In this document: positions 9,328-22,194 of the stretch, one piece after another
Layout of the letters: each line of letters begins with the position of its first letter
Position numbering within the stretch: position 1 is the stretch's first letter
Source: Rhynchopus sp. YZ270_cl-10
Taxonomy: Eukaryota
Length of the DNA stretch: 64,000 bases
Reading direction: 5' to 3'
Assembly (NCBI GenBank): GCA_964035575.1
Contig: OZ037833.1
Coordinates: forward strand, 1,426,001 to 1,490,000
The notes under the pieces: model-generated
Told to the model about the DNA's origin: nothing
The model's input: the letters and a program-made list of their open reading frames with translations, nothing else
Databases searched by the model: none
Translations under genes and position numbers: made by a program

Positions 9328-12300
9328 GCCTTTTTTCTCTACAACGTTCTGAGTACAGACGTGTCCTGGGAAGCATGCCAGTAGTGTAAAAAATATGATG
9401 GTTTTTTTGTACCTAACATCTTGTACACTGAGAAGGTTCTGCACAAGTGGAAGCCTATATAAGGATATTCATAAGAGTCAAAAGGGGCTTCTGAAGGGGT
9501 ATATGGGTAGTATGAGCTCATATGAATCCATTAAAAGCGTCTATGGCATGATCTAAGCATCACATAATTTCTGAAATCAATACCAACCACAATTTACGGC
9601 TATTTTTCCAGCAATAGCCGTATCATGGCTTATAACCATACCTAAGGATGTCCAATATGCTGGAAAAGTTAATAATCTTGGGTATATAGGGTTTTTGGGC
9701 ACATTTGAGTCAATTGCGGGGTCTTACGATTTAATCTGAGCATCACACATATCCTAATCACCTATATAATCGAAAAACACATACAAAATGACCTACATAG
9801 CCGTAAAATGACCCAAATGTGCATATTCGGGTTGAAATTTCATTTTTTCGGAAAGTTTTTTTTTCTCACCAATTACATGGGTGAGTTCCGAGTACATTAT
9901 GGGGTCGTAAGTTTTTATTCAAGCATCACACATTATGTAGAATAATTTATGCCATACAATGTTACCAAAAAAAGTCGATTTTTGGTCACTTTTTCAAAAA
10001 TATGAAAATTCGATTTTTGGGTACTAGATAGGTCTTTCCGGTGCAAAAACGACCGTTAAATGGATTCTCCGGGGTCCTAAGGCCCCAAAAATCACTTTTG
10101 GACACACGGGCAATATCCCAGTATACCCTAGGAAATTGGTGGGAACCCAAAAATTGGCCTCAAAATCCGACCAAAACCAAGGTTTCTGTAGAGGTACATG
10201 TGAACCTCATGTGTGTTCTGGAGACCCATTTTGTTTTTAAAAGTGAATCTAAATAGCCAAAAATTTAAAACTCTTGTAGCGCATTCGGAATAGAGGGGGT
10301 ATTCGCGAAAACCTGTGCGAAACATTTATCAATTCAGGTCTGACCCACATGGTCATGACCCCATATTTTGGGTGCGGAAAACACCCTATCTGTTGACCTA
10401 CCGGCTTGTATGCCTGTATACCTGGTTGGGTCAACTTTTTGAAAATTTCCTGGGCCATATACCCTATTTGGGCCCCCTGAATCCATTGCGACATCGTTTT
10501 TTCACATCCGAGTGAAAACTAATATATAGGATAACCCATGGGTATGGGTACCTCGCTCAATACCCCTAAAATCAGTGCTTTTGAAAATGACCCTATGGAA
10601 AAATGTATCCAAAATATTGAAACATGTTCTCCTGGCATCTGCAACACGATATTTTGGGCCCCCTGGGCCCCGGGGGCCCTACGGGCCCCCATATTCGCGA
10701 AAAGTTGGGCATCCCAGCTAGTGGGTCGGTACTGGGTATACAAACATCCCCCCAAAAAGTGAGATTTTGACCCCCCAAAAATGGCCATTTTTTTACTCCC
10801 CGGGACCTTCTCAGGTGTGTATTCGGACCCTCTCGTGGTCTTAAACCGGATTTTTGGGGCCCCCACACCCTGGAATACCCCCCATAGTGTCGTTTTTTCA
10901 CCCGCAGGGCCGATTTTTTAGAAAAAATTTGGTTTTTAAGGAACAACATTTACCCTGCGACACCTTGAAAAACAGGTGATTTTTGCCTTTTTCAGTTGTG
11001 TGTGTGCAGTGCCGAATTCCCCAGGCTTGGTGAAAGTTGTGCCTCCAATACCCCTATGTGGGTTGGAAAAATCAAATAAAGATAAAATTTTGAGGCAGCC
11101 TGGGGGTGTGCTATGGTAAACAATTTGTGTGTGTAAAAATACCCCTAAAAAACACCCTAAAAATGGCTGTTTTTCGCCTATTTTTGGGGGTCGCCTGAGC
11201 TATTTTTTTTATTGTTTTGGCTTTTCCTGGGACCTGAAAATAGGGTCCTGGGCCCAATATGTCCCAATGAGGCCATTGGAATATCGATATTTTCCAGATA
11301 TGGGCCTCCTAGACAGAAATTTTTGATTTTGGTGTTGCAAAAATTTTCGAAAATCCTGAAAAGTGCCCAAAAACACGTAAAAACACGTGTATAGGCACAC
11401 CCTATCGGCCCCCAGCATTGCCCAGGATTGTTGCAAATTTTCCCTGCATGGGGGCCCTCCGGGCCCCCTGGACCCATTGCGACCCGATTGGTTCACATTC
11501 CTGGAAAATTTGGTCCCTAAGACACATACGTGGTTAACATACCCCTGAAAAACACCCTATTTTTGACCCTAAAAAACACCCTATTTTTGACCCTGAAAAC
11601 ATGATTTTAGCAAATAGGGCAACTAGTTTGGTGATCCAGCAACCGACTCATGGGCCCAGTATGTCCAACAGGGCCATATGTTTGGTAAATTTTACCGGGG
11701 GCAAGGGGATGTACAAAAAAAAGTGGATTTTTTACCTTAAAAAAATGGCCAAAAATAGGCCAAAAATGGCCATTTTTCGGCCATGTGACCCCCACAGCAA
11801 CCCTATATAGACCCCCAAAAACCTAATATTTTTTTCCCAGCGATGTGTCCTGGGGGCCCTTCGGGCCCCCAGGACACATCGCAACCCCGTTTTTTGAGGT
11901 GGCCTGTAGGGTGACCCCTTCAAAAAGCTGGAACCCGGATTTTGGGGTCAGGGGTCCCTTTATGCACTTTTATGTATAAAAAAATGTCTGGGGCGAGAAA
12001 ATGCAAATTTTTGCCTGCAAACACACTGCATACTACGACAGGACCATATTCCATCTTATCAGGAAAAATTTCGGAGGTGTTAGTCATAAAAACAATTTAA
12101 AATTTTTTGAAAAAACATGAGATCTGGATAAAAGTTTTGACTGTACCTGTGGAAGGTGGGATTTTGCCTGTGTTTTGACTTTTTTTTTCAGTAAATAAAC
12201 TTCTACTCATCTCCGGAGGCCATCCGAGGTCGCAATTAACTCATTTTGACAATTTAGGGCCATATACCGCCCGTTTTTTCAAAAAGTTGAAAATTTTGGC

Positions 12301-12958
12301 CCCCAGGATTGGGTACAGCGTGTACTGAACCCTGATTTTCGAAAAATCTCAACTTTTGAAATTCGTCACTTATGGCAGCATGTATCTGACACCCGATTTT
12401 GACTTTTCCCGTGAATCCATTTTGGTGCATATACACTATCTGGCACCCCTGAGTCCATTGCGGGGTCGTTTTTTCAAAAAGTCGACCGGACTAATACCTA
12501 ATATGACCCTGGGTATAGCGTACCGTCTCAGAAACACCCCAAAATCAGTGTTTTTGAAGGGTTGTCACAGCTAAAATCGATGAAAAAATGTCAAAATCAC
12601 TTTCCCGTGACCCAATAGCGTGAAATATGACCCATGTGGGCCCCCAGGACCTATAGCACCCCCAATAGGTCGATTCCATGCATATTTCACACCCCCAGAT
12701 ATATGCGCCCATAGGGTGCCACACCCCAAAATCATGATTTTTACATGATTTTTGGCCGGATGCACTGACCAGCAGGGCCATACCGTCTACCGGGGCAACC
12801 ATATTTTTGAAACATCGGCCTTGCATAGGGCCCAGTATGTCCCACAGGGTATATTGCCCCAGTATCAGGTCCCCGCACAAGCCAAACCAATATTTTAAAA
12901 TCGCTTTTTTTGAAAAAAATATTTTTCAAAAATAATCGTGATTTTTGGGATTTTGGTG

Positions 12959-13503
12959 ATTTTTACAGTTTTGCACACCCTGAAAATCGATTTTTTCGGC
13001 TCCGCCGGTGAAATATCGACATAATTTAGGTATGTTATGTGCATAATATACCCATTAGAGCCCATTCAAGTCACATTCCGACCATTTTTCGTGAAAAAAT
13101 GCAACTTTTTGTCACCGTGACCCCCAAAAATGACGATTTTTTGGTCGATTTTTTCGGCCAAAAATTTCGTACCACAGGGCCATACCATATACTGGGATTA
13201 TCAACTTTTTGAAAATACGGCCTGGTATTCGGGTGTATATGTCCCATGGGGCCCATAGTAACCTTACTGGGTCATGCCCAAAGCCAATCTTAATAGTAAA
13301 ATTCGATTTTCTGTGAAAAATATTTTGACCAAAAAATCGTCATTTTTCCGATTTTCGTCATTTTTACAGTTTTGCACACCCTGAAAATCGATTTTTTCGG
13401 CTCCGCCGGTGAAATATCGACATAATTTAGGTATGTTATGTGCATAATATACCCATTAGAGCCCATTCAAGTCACATTCCGACCATTTTTCGTGAAAAAA
13501 TGC
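12959..13503. repeat. 401-bp repeat, ~1.4 copies
   Basis: Same unit as 4882-6228. Confidence 0.9.
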
Positions 13504-13865
13504 GTCGGTGAACATGTTGGCGTTGGAGGGGATCGCTGTGAGGTACGCCCCGGACATGGGGAGGAGAAGGGACTTCATGCGGGCACGGTCCCTCGTGCTC
13601 AAGGCCAGCATGAGCTTGTCTGCCTGCGCATCAACAATAGCCGCCGCGAGCTTCTGCTGGAGCGGGAGCTGGGTGGGCTGGTCTGTGTTGAGCTTGTACT
13701 TCAGGTCCACTCGCTCGTTGAAGTCCGTCACAGCATGCTTCCATCTCAGGGCATCCCAGGCGTACAGTGGGTCCAGGGTTTGCGCCAGCTGGAAGTTCCC
13801 AGCTTGGGACGCAAGAGCTGCTGCTGACCAGTGATCCCGGGCTCTGCGTATCCCGAGACCGAGAG
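13504..13865 (-). mobile_element. CRE/SLACS-like retrotransposon fragment, copy 2
   Basis: Same sequence as 6229-6590. Confidence 0.7.
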
Positions 13866-14153
13866 TTTTATTGCATATGGTGATAATTTTGAGTACTCCT
13901 GATTTTTGGAGTTAAATAAAGTGGCTTTATGGGGTGGAATTTTACTTTATGGGGTGGATTCTTTCATTTTATGGTCAAAAACAGGGTGTATTGGTTGCAA
14001 TTTTAACTTGTCGATTTTTTTCAAGTTTTTTTTGCATTTTTTGGGCCCAAAGACCCACTCAGGGGTCAAAAATTTCACGAAAAAAAAATTTTTTTTGTTG
14101 AAATTTTTTGACAAGGCGCTGGCCCATACAAAATGTACAGGGTGGGTTTTGTT

Positions 14154-14282
14154 ACAATCATCGCAAGTGCTCATGCTGCACATGCCCAACCTATGTCATC
14201 ATCCAGCTTTGGTCTTGTGCCGAAGAAAACAATCTTCAACACGAATGCACTCAAAAACAGATCCTGTGTAGAGTACAGTCTT
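14154..14282 (-). pseudogene. U3: U3 snoRNA, 3'-truncated copy
   Basis: Same as 6879-7007. Confidence 0.8.
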
Positions 14283-14443
14283 GCCCTTGTTTGTTCCACC
14301 TATCGGCTGCACAGATGTCTACAGGGAGGCACATTGGTAGTGGTAGTTTTGGTGTGTTAGCTTTACGTGGTGTCTTTATGTTACCACCCCAACACACTTC
14401 CCTGTTGACATAGCTTTGTGACAGGACTGGGAGAAAAGGAGGT

Positions 14444-14585
14444 ATTCTTGCGCTCGGGATAATTCCATAAGCAATGACCAAATAGGGACGCTGTGGAGAG
14501 ATTGCTGGTTGAAAACTACCCAATTCCCGCCATGGGCCGCTTCGGCGTTGCCACATTGGCAATTTGTGTAGCTGCTTCGGCGGCC
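14444..14585 (+). ncRNA. U4: U4 snRNA
   Basis: Same as 7169-7310. Confidence 0.92.
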
Positions 14586-14738
14586 TTGTTTTTACTAATA
14601 AGATTGATCATCACCTTCACTTACTTCCCTGTGACATGGGTGTGTAATCTGCTTGCCTTGTTGTTTCCTAGTAATATTGATCATAATCATGCTTCCCTGT
14701 ACATGGGTGTCGAATTCGGTATGGACTAAAAAGAAGTC

Positions 14739-14927
14739 ATACCTTCTCGGCCTTTTGGCTAAGATCAAGTGTATTATCTGTTCTTATCAGCTTAATATCT
14801 GATACAGTGCCTTGTGCACTGATGATATTAACGCAATTTCTCATTGGGGTGACGGGTCGCCAGGGCAACCTGGTCCGTTCACACATGTTGCCCTGGAGCT
14901 GCACAACATCCAGGAGTGGCATACCCT
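14739..14927 (+). ncRNA. U2: U2 snRNA
   Basis: Same as 7464-7652. Confidence 0.96.
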
Positions 14928-15009
14928 CTTTTTTAACAAAACAAAAACAAACATACCATACATACCATACATACACAGTGGTTACCACTGTGATGTGGGT
15001 TATTAAAAA

Positions 15010-15140
15010 CAGAGGTCGGAGCGAGCCTCTCAATGTCAGAGGCTTCAAAGCATTTCACGAGAAAACTCGCCCCTGTCCTTCTTCATCACTATCACTTGAC
15101 CGAACACTCCCTGCAAGGAAGCCTGTAAAAGGCGATGCTT
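15010..15140 (-). ncRNA. Unknown RNA-3, copy 3
   Basis: Same as 75-205. Confidence 0.45.
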
Positions 15141-15190
15141 AGGCAACAACACAGACACAGGGGGGGTGCTGGGTGGGAAAATATAAAAAA

Positions 15191-15515
15191 GGGTGCTTGC
15201 GTTGTGTGCTGGATCGGGACCACCAGTAAACTGGCAGCCCCACATCCAGTTCTAATATTTGAAGTGTGAAATAGAACGCAGTCAGAATTAGTGTTACACG
15301 CTAATGTAAGAATAATCATCATGGGTAATATTCTGTACGAACGTACGGGATTTACATCATATGAAAGTAGTTCCGCCTTGGGCCATATCAGGCCCAACAG
15401 CAGGACCGCATCATAAAAATTGTAAAGAATTTTCTTAAATAGAAAGGTCTTTTCAAGTTTTAGCTGTTGCTGAACGAGTTGTTTGGTTTCGAAGTAGCAC
15501 ACTAACTTAGCACCC
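15191..15515 (-). ncRNA. Unknown RNA-1 variant A, copy 3
   Basis: Same as 256-580. Confidence 0.7.
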
Positions 15516-15636
15516 AAACATAGGGAGAGTATGGGAAAACAAGACAGGGTTGTCTTGTTGGAGGTGGGTCAGGGTGACACACACTTTGTACATGCATCAT
15601 ATGTGTGAATGTTTTTTCTCATGGTGACGTAAAAAA

Positions 15637-15749
15637 GGCCAGTCTCTTTCGAGGCTGGCCATGTTTGACAAAGTTGTGTGAGAAGAATATAATCTTCATG
15701 CTTCCATACCAATGAAGTACAGAAACTGTAGCTTTAGAAATCGTTGGTT
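15637..15749 (-). ncRNA. SL RNA: Spliced leader RNA
   Basis: 40-nt exon + GTATG. Confidence 0.95.
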
Positions 15750-15917
15750 GCCCTTTTTCTTAACATTGCTCTAAGCACCAACATGTACTGGTAAACATGC
15801 CACTTGTGGTGAATAATGTGGGTAGGAATGGTCTGGGCAACGTGGTGGGGTGTATCAACAACACATGTGTATGGTGATGTGGAAACAATGTTCACATGGA
15901 AAAATGTAAAAAAGAAA

Positions 15918-16226
15918 CGCTTCTCCAGTTCAAGCCATTGAGTTGGAAACACCCTCACTCTGCTCTGTGCTGCGATCCTTGAACTGTCCACTGCAGGAGT
16001 TATGAGCTGCTCTGTGAGACCAGCCTGGCCCGGTTCACCCCATTTCACTCTGATTGTTGCCCTGGTTTACACCAAGGCCGCAAACAGGACAGTAGACTAA
16101 CACGGACAACACATCAACACAGAAGTTGAAGGTGCCTTTGGTCCACCTCAAAGAGTGCCCAGTTCTGGAGAAGCTTGCCCCCCCAGAAGCTAGGGGTTTC
16201 AGGATGCAGCCAACACATCCCGGCTC
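15918..16226 (-). ncRNA. 7SL: SRP (7SL) RNA
   Basis: ~308 nt, Alu-like GCCGGG 5' end, helix-8 motif CCAGGCTG-GTCTCA-CAGAGCAG, T-run terminator. Confidence 0.88.
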
Positions 16227-16379
16227 AATAGATACCATATTGTCGGAATACAAGACAGGGTTGTCTAGTTGGAGGTGGGTCAGGTCAAAAACGTGGTTTT
16301 GAAGATCCTCACTTCTTGTGTGTGTTTTTTTTTTGCTTTGCACAAAGACACACAAAGACAATCATGCTAACGTAAAAAA

Positions 16380-16491
16380 GGCCAGTCTCTTTCGAAACCG
16401 GCCATGTTTTGACAAAGTTGTGTGAGAAGAGTAATCTTCATGCTTCCATACCAATGAAGTACAGAAACTGTAGCTTTAGAAATCGTTGGTT
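16380..16491 (-). ncRNA. SL RNA: Spliced leader RNA
   Basis: 40-nt exon + GTATG. Confidence 0.95.
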
Positions 16492-16709
16492 GCTCTTTTT
16501 CTCTACACAGCTTTCGACATGTATGTGCTCAGGGAAGCATGCCAGTAGCATAAACCATATGGTCGTTTTTTGAAACCAATATTTCAATGGGTTACTGCAG
16601 CCTGCCACTTGCCACCTGTGGGTGATGGGTATGTCTGCACATATGTGTTGGTCTGGGAAGCATGAAGAAGACACCAGTGTAAAAAATACGTGTGATCCGG
16701 GGGACAAAA

Positions 16710-16815
16710 AAAAAGTTGATACTTTCTCGATTAATGCGTGTCATCCTTGCGCAGGGACCATGCTAATCTTCTCTGTATCGATCCAATTTTAACGGATGTC
16801 CCATTTCTGGGGTCC
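16710..16815 (-). ncRNA. U6: U6 snRNA
   Basis: ACAGAGAAGATTAGCATGGTCCCTGCGCAAGGATGACACGCA, T9 end. Confidence 0.97.
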
Positions 16816-16958
16816 AGTATATATGCACAAGGTGGTTGACAAGACAGGGGCCCCTTGTTGGAGTTGGGTCAGGGTCTGAATGTGGTTCTAAACTTCTGCT
16901 GTTGTTGTGTGGGTTTTTTTGCTTCTTGTGCACAAGACGATCGTGTTAACGTAAAAAA

Positions 16959-17070
16959 GGCCAGTCTCTTTCGAAACTGGCCATGTTTTGACAAAGTTGT
17001 GTGAAGAATATAATCTTCATGCTTCCATACCAATGAAGTACAGAAACTGTAGCTTTAGAAATCGTTGGTT
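16959..17070 (-). ncRNA. SL RNA: Spliced leader RNA
   Basis: 40-nt exon + GTATG. Confidence 0.95.
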
Positions 17071-17238
17071 GCCCTTTTTCTTAACATTGCTCTAAGCACC
17101 AACATGTACTGGTAAACATGCCACTTGTGGTGAATAATGTGGGTAGGAATGGTCTGGGCAACGTGGTGGGGTGTATCAACAACACATGTGTATGGTGATG
17201 TGGAAACAATGTTCACATGGAAAAATGTAAAAAAGAAA

Positions 17239-17547
17239 CGCTTCTCCAGTTCAAGCCATTGAGTTGGAAACACCCTCACTCTGCTCTGTGCTGCGATCCT
17301 TGAACTGTCCACTGCAGGAGTTATGAGCTGCTCTGTGAGACCAGCCTGGCCCGGTTCACCCCATTTCACTCTGATTGTTGCCCTGGTTTACACCAAGGCC
17401 GCAAACAGGACAGTAGACTAACACGGACAACACATCAACACAGAAGTTGAAGGTGCCTTTGGTCCACCTCAAAGAGTGCCCAGTTCTGGAGAAGCTTGCC
17501 CCCCCAGAAGCTAGGGGTTTCAGGATGCAGCCAACACATCCCGGCTC
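17239..17547 (-). ncRNA. 7SL: SRP (7SL) RNA, copy 2
   Basis: 1321-bp tandem duplicate of 15918-16226. Confidence 0.88.
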
Positions 17548-17700
17548 AATAGATACCATATTGTCGGAATACAAGACAGGGTTGTCTAGTTGGAGGTGGG
17601 TCAGGTCAAAAACGTGGTTTTGAAGATCCTCACTTCTTGTGTGTGTTTTTTTTTTGCTTTGCACAAAGACACACAAAGACAATCATGCTAACGTAAAAAA

Positions 17701-17812
17701 GGCCAGTCTCTTTCGAAACCGGCCATGTTTTGACAAAGTTGTGTGAGAAGAGTAATCTTCATGCTTCCATACCAATGAAGTACAGAAACTGTAGCTTTAG
17801 AAATCGTTGGTT
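17701..17812 (-). ncRNA. SL RNA: Spliced leader RNA
   Basis: 40-nt exon + GTATG. Confidence 0.95.
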
Positions 17813-18030
17813 GCTCTTTTTCTCTACACAGCTTTCGACATGTATGTGCTCAGGGAAGCATGCCAGTAGCATAAACCATATGGTCGTTTTTTGAAACCAA
17901 TATTTCAATGGGTTACTGCAGCCTGCCACTTGCCACCTGTGGGTGATGGGTATGTCTGCACATATGTGTTGGTCTGGGAAGCATGAAGAAGACACCAGTG
18001 TAAAAAATACGTGTGATCCGGGGGACAAAA

Positions 18031-18136
18031 AAAAAGTTGATACTTTCTCGATTAATGCGTGTCATCCTTGCGCAGGGACCATGCTAATCTTCTCTGTATC
18101 GATCCAATTTTAACGGATGTCCCATTTCTGGGGTCC
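18031..18136 (-). ncRNA. U6: U6 snRNA, copy 2
   Basis: Same as 16710-16815. Confidence 0.97.
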
Positions 18137-18279
18137 AGTATATATGCACAAGGTGGTTGACAAGACAGGGGCCCCTTGTTGGAGTTGGGTCAGGGTCTGA
18201 ATGTGGTTCTAAACTTCTGCTGTTGTTGTGTGGGTTTTTTTGCTTCTTGTGCACAAGACGATCGTGTTAACGTAAAAAA

Positions 18280-18391
18280 GGCCAGTCTCTTTCGAAACTG
18301 GCCATGTTTTGACAAAGTTGTGTGAAGAATATAATCTTCATGCTTCCATACCAATGAAGTACAGAAACTGTAGCTTTAGAAATCGTTGGTT
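18280..18391 (-). ncRNA. SL RNA: Spliced leader RNA
   Basis: 40-nt exon + GTATG. Confidence 0.95.
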
Positions 18392-18714
18392 GCCTTTTTT
18401 CTCTACAATGTTCTAGGTACCCACTTGTTCTGGGAAGCCTTCTGTCAATGTCTATAATACGGTTGCTTTTTCGTACCTGACATCTTGGTCACTGTGAAGG
18501 TTCTACATAAAAATATCCTTAAGTGTGATCCTACAGAAGGATATTCGACAGAGTCAACAGTGGCTTCTGAAGGGGAACAAGTGTCACAAATATGGTTTTG
18601 CAGGCGATATAAAAATGGGGTGCAGTAAGCACTTGTGCATTAGGTCAGGTGTGAATTGGGTGTGTTTTTGGGTTTGCTTCTTGTGCACAAAGACAATCGT
18701 GCTAACGTAAAAAA

Positions 18715-18827
18715 GGCCAGTCTCTTTCGAGGCTGGCCATGTTTGACAAAGTTGTGTGAGAAGAATATAATCTTCATGCTTCCATACCAATGAAGTACAG
18801 AAACTGTAGCTTTAGAAATCGTTGGTT
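18715..18827 (-). ncRNA. SL RNA: Spliced leader RNA
   Basis: 40-nt exon + GTATG. Confidence 0.95.
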
Positions 18828-19934
18828 GCCTTTTTTCTCTACAACGTTCTGAGTACAGACGTGTCCTGGGAAGCATGCCAGTAGTGTAAAAAATATGATG
18901 GTTTTTTTGTACCTAACATCTTGTACACTGAGAAGGTTCTGCACAAGTGGAAGCCTATATAAGGATATTCATAAGAGTCAAAAGGGGCTTCTGAAGGGGT
19001 ATATGGGTAGTATGAGCTCATATGAATCCATTAAAAGCGTCTATGGCATGATCTAAGCATCACATAATTTCTGAAATCAATACCAACCACAATTTACGGC
19101 TATTTTTCCAGCAATAGCCGTATCATGGCTTATAACCATACCTAAGGATGTCCAATATGCTGGAAAAGTTAATAATCTTGGGTGTATAGGGTTTTTGGGC
19201 ACATTTGAGTCAATTGCGGGGTCTTACGATTTAATCTGAGCATCACACATATCCTAATCACCTATATAATCGAAAAACACATACAAAATGACCTACATAG
19301 CCGTAAAATGACCCAAATGTGCATATTCGGGTTGAAATTTCATTTTTTCGGAAAGTTTTTTTTTCTCAACAATTACATGGGTGAGTTCCGAGTACATTAT
19401 GGGGTCGTAAGTTTTTATTCAAGCATCACACATTATGTAGAATAATTTATGCCATACAATGTTACCAAAAAAAGTCGATTTTTGGTCACTTTTTCAAAAA
19501 TATGAAAATTCGATTTTTGGGTACTAGATAGGTCTTTCCGGTGCAAAAACGACCGTTAAATGGATTCTCCGGGGTCCTAAGGCCCCAAAAATCACTTTTG
19601 GACACACGGGCAATATCCCAGTATACCCTAGGAAATTGGTGGGAACCCAAAAATTGGCCTCAAAATCCGACCAAAACCAAGGTTTCTGTAGAGGTACATG
19701 TGAACCTCATGTGTGTTCTGGAGACCCATTTTGTTTTTAAAAGTGAATCTAAATAGCCAAAAATTTAAAACTCTTGTAGCGCATTCGGAATAGAGGGGGT
19801 ATTCGCGAAAACCTGTGCGAAACATTTATCAATTCAGGTCTGACCCACATGGTCATGACCCCATATTTTGGGTGCGGAAAACACCCTATCTGTTGACCTA
19901 CCGGCTTGTATGCCTGTATACCTGGTTGCAAATT

Positions 19935-21290
19935 GGTTGCAAATTTGAGGTATTTAGATATGGTTATATGCATGTTACACCAAAATACAGGTGTTTGTTG
20001 CACCTGTAAAATTTGAGACATTGTGTGATGCTCTAATCTGATCGTACGACCCCGCAATTGACTCAAAAATGCCCAAAAACCCCATATTCCCAAGATTTTT
20101 GCATTTTCGAGCATATATGAGCCATTTAGATATGATTATTAGCCATTTTACCCAATATACAGGTGTTTGTTGCATAGCTAAAATTCTAGACATTGTCTGA
20201 TGCTCGGATCTGACCGTACGACCCCGCAATTGACTCAGATGTGCCCAAAAACCCTATATATCCAAGATTTCTTCATTTTCATGCGTATTTGAGACATTCA
20301 GATATGGTTATATGCATTTTACACCAAAATACATGTGATTGTTGCTTTTTTGAAATTCTAGACATTGTGTGATACTCGGATCTGATCGTGCGACCCCGCA
20401 ATGAACTCAAATGTGCCCAAAAAACCCATATTCCCAAGATTATTGCATTTTAGAGCATTTTTAAGCTACTTACATGTGGTTATTAGCCATTTTACCCAAA
20501 ATAGACATGTTTATTGCATAGTTGAAATTCTAGGTATTGTGTGATGCTCGGATCTGATCGTGCGACCCCGCAATTGACTCAGATGTGCCCAAAAAACCCA
20601 TATTCCCAAGATTTTTGCATTTTCGTGCAAATTTAAGGTATTCAGATATGGTTATATGCATGTTACACCAAAATACAGGTGTTTGTTGCACCTGTAAAAT
20701 TCTAGACATTATGTGATGCTCAGATCTGATCGTACGACCCCGCAATGAACTCAGATGTGCCCAAAAAACCCATATTCCCAAGATTTTTGCATTTTCGTGC
20801 AAATTTAAGGTATTCAGATATGGTTATATGCATGTTACACCAAAATACAGGTGTTTGTTGCACCTGTAAAATTCTAGACATTATGTGATGCTCAGATCTG
20901 ATCGTACGACCCCGCAATGAACTCAGATGTGCCCAAAAACCCCATATTCCCAAGATTTTTGCATTTTAGAGCACATTCTAATTGCTTAGATAGGGTATAA
21001 AGGCATTTTGCCCATATTTTTGCGACATTTTACCGATTAGGATACTTCTGATGCTCCAATCAAATCGTCCGACCCCGCAATGGATTCAGAATGGCCCAAA
21101 AACCCTATATTCCCAAGATTTTTGCACTTTTAAGGGTTTCTGACATCCTTAGATAGGATAAAGAGGCATTTTCAGGTATTTTGATAAACGGACATTTTGT
21201 CTATTAGGATATGTGTGATGCTCAGATTGATTCATCTGACCTCATAATGGATTCAGGAGCCCCTAAATATGCCATTTTCCCAAAAATTTC
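19935..21290. repeat. ~151-bp degenerate tandem repeat (~9 copies)
   Basis: Recurring gatcgtacgaccccgcaat(t/g)..ctcagatgtgcccaaaaacccatattcccaagatt. Confidence 0.9.
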
Positions 21291-21525
21291 TCACTTTTGA
21301 CAATTTTGAAGATTCTCAGAAAGAGTGAGGAGACAAAAAAATGAGAAAAATCTGGAAAAACCAAAATATATTATTCGTCTCAGGTGTTGAACCCGGGACC
21401 GAAAGAATATCGGACCACAGTACAACACACTAGGATTTTCTGACGCAAGTATTTTTTTAGTTTTTTATGGATGCGCACAGCTAAGAACCGGTCTGACAAT
21501 TTAGATCTATTTTTCGGTGTATTTA

Positions 21526-21580
21526 TCCAGTTGGTCACCCGCGCCAGTACTATCCAGGCTTGGAGGTGTCTAACTTCTCA
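21526..21580 (-). pseudogene. Diverged internal 5S rRNA fragment, inverted
   Basis: ccagttggtcacccgcgccagtactatccaggc..aacttctca is the reverse complement of the 5S internal control region. Confidence 0.7.
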
Positions 21581-21635
21581 GGTAAAAACGGACTGGTAAT
21601 AAGTCTTCCCAGCTTTTCCACCCAGACCTATTATT

Positions 21636-21754
21636 GGATTCGGCCATACTCTGGTGAATACACCTCATCCCGCCTGATTTGAGAAGTTAAGCACCAGCAG
21701 GCCTGGATAGTACTGGCGTGGGTGACCAGCTGGGAAGTCCGGGTGCTTGAATCC
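21636..21754 (+). rRNA. 5S: 5S rRNA
   Basis: 119 nt, GGCCATAC..GAAGTTAAGC..TAGTACT..GGGTGACC..TGGGAA, T-run. Confidence 0.96.
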
Positions 21755-21864
21755 TTTTTCCTTTTCTTCTGTTGTATTAGGTGTGCACATTTGAGGACGT
21801 CCAGACCCTGACCCACCTCCAACAAGACGACCCTGTCTTGTATTCCGATGTTTGCTGTATGTTT

Positions 21865-22194
21865 GGGTGCTAAGTTAGTGTGCTACTTCGAAACCAAACA
21901 ACTCGTTCAGCAACAACAAAAACTTGAAAAAGACATTTCTTCCAAGGAAAATTCTTTTACAATTTTGTGTGAAGACCGGTCATGTTGCGGGCCCGATGTG
22001 GCCTGCGACGGACTACTCTCATATGATAGTAAATCCCGTACAATCTGTACAGAATATTACCATGACGATATTATTCTTACATTCGTGTAAACTAATCTTC
22101 CGATTGCGTTCTATTTCACACTTCAAATATTAGAACTGGATGTGGGGCTGCCAGTATACTGGTGGTCCCGATCCAGCACACAACGCAAGCACCC
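21865..22194 (+). ncRNA. Unknown RNA-1 variant B
   Basis: Diverged paralogue of 256-580 with same promoter spacing, terminal helix and compensatory changes; T8 follows. Confidence 0.7.

Noticed and set aside
696..18830. Recurring ~115-bp repeat as a CRISPR-like array
   Set aside because: It is the SL RNA gene on the minus strand, in a eukaryotic context with no cas genes.
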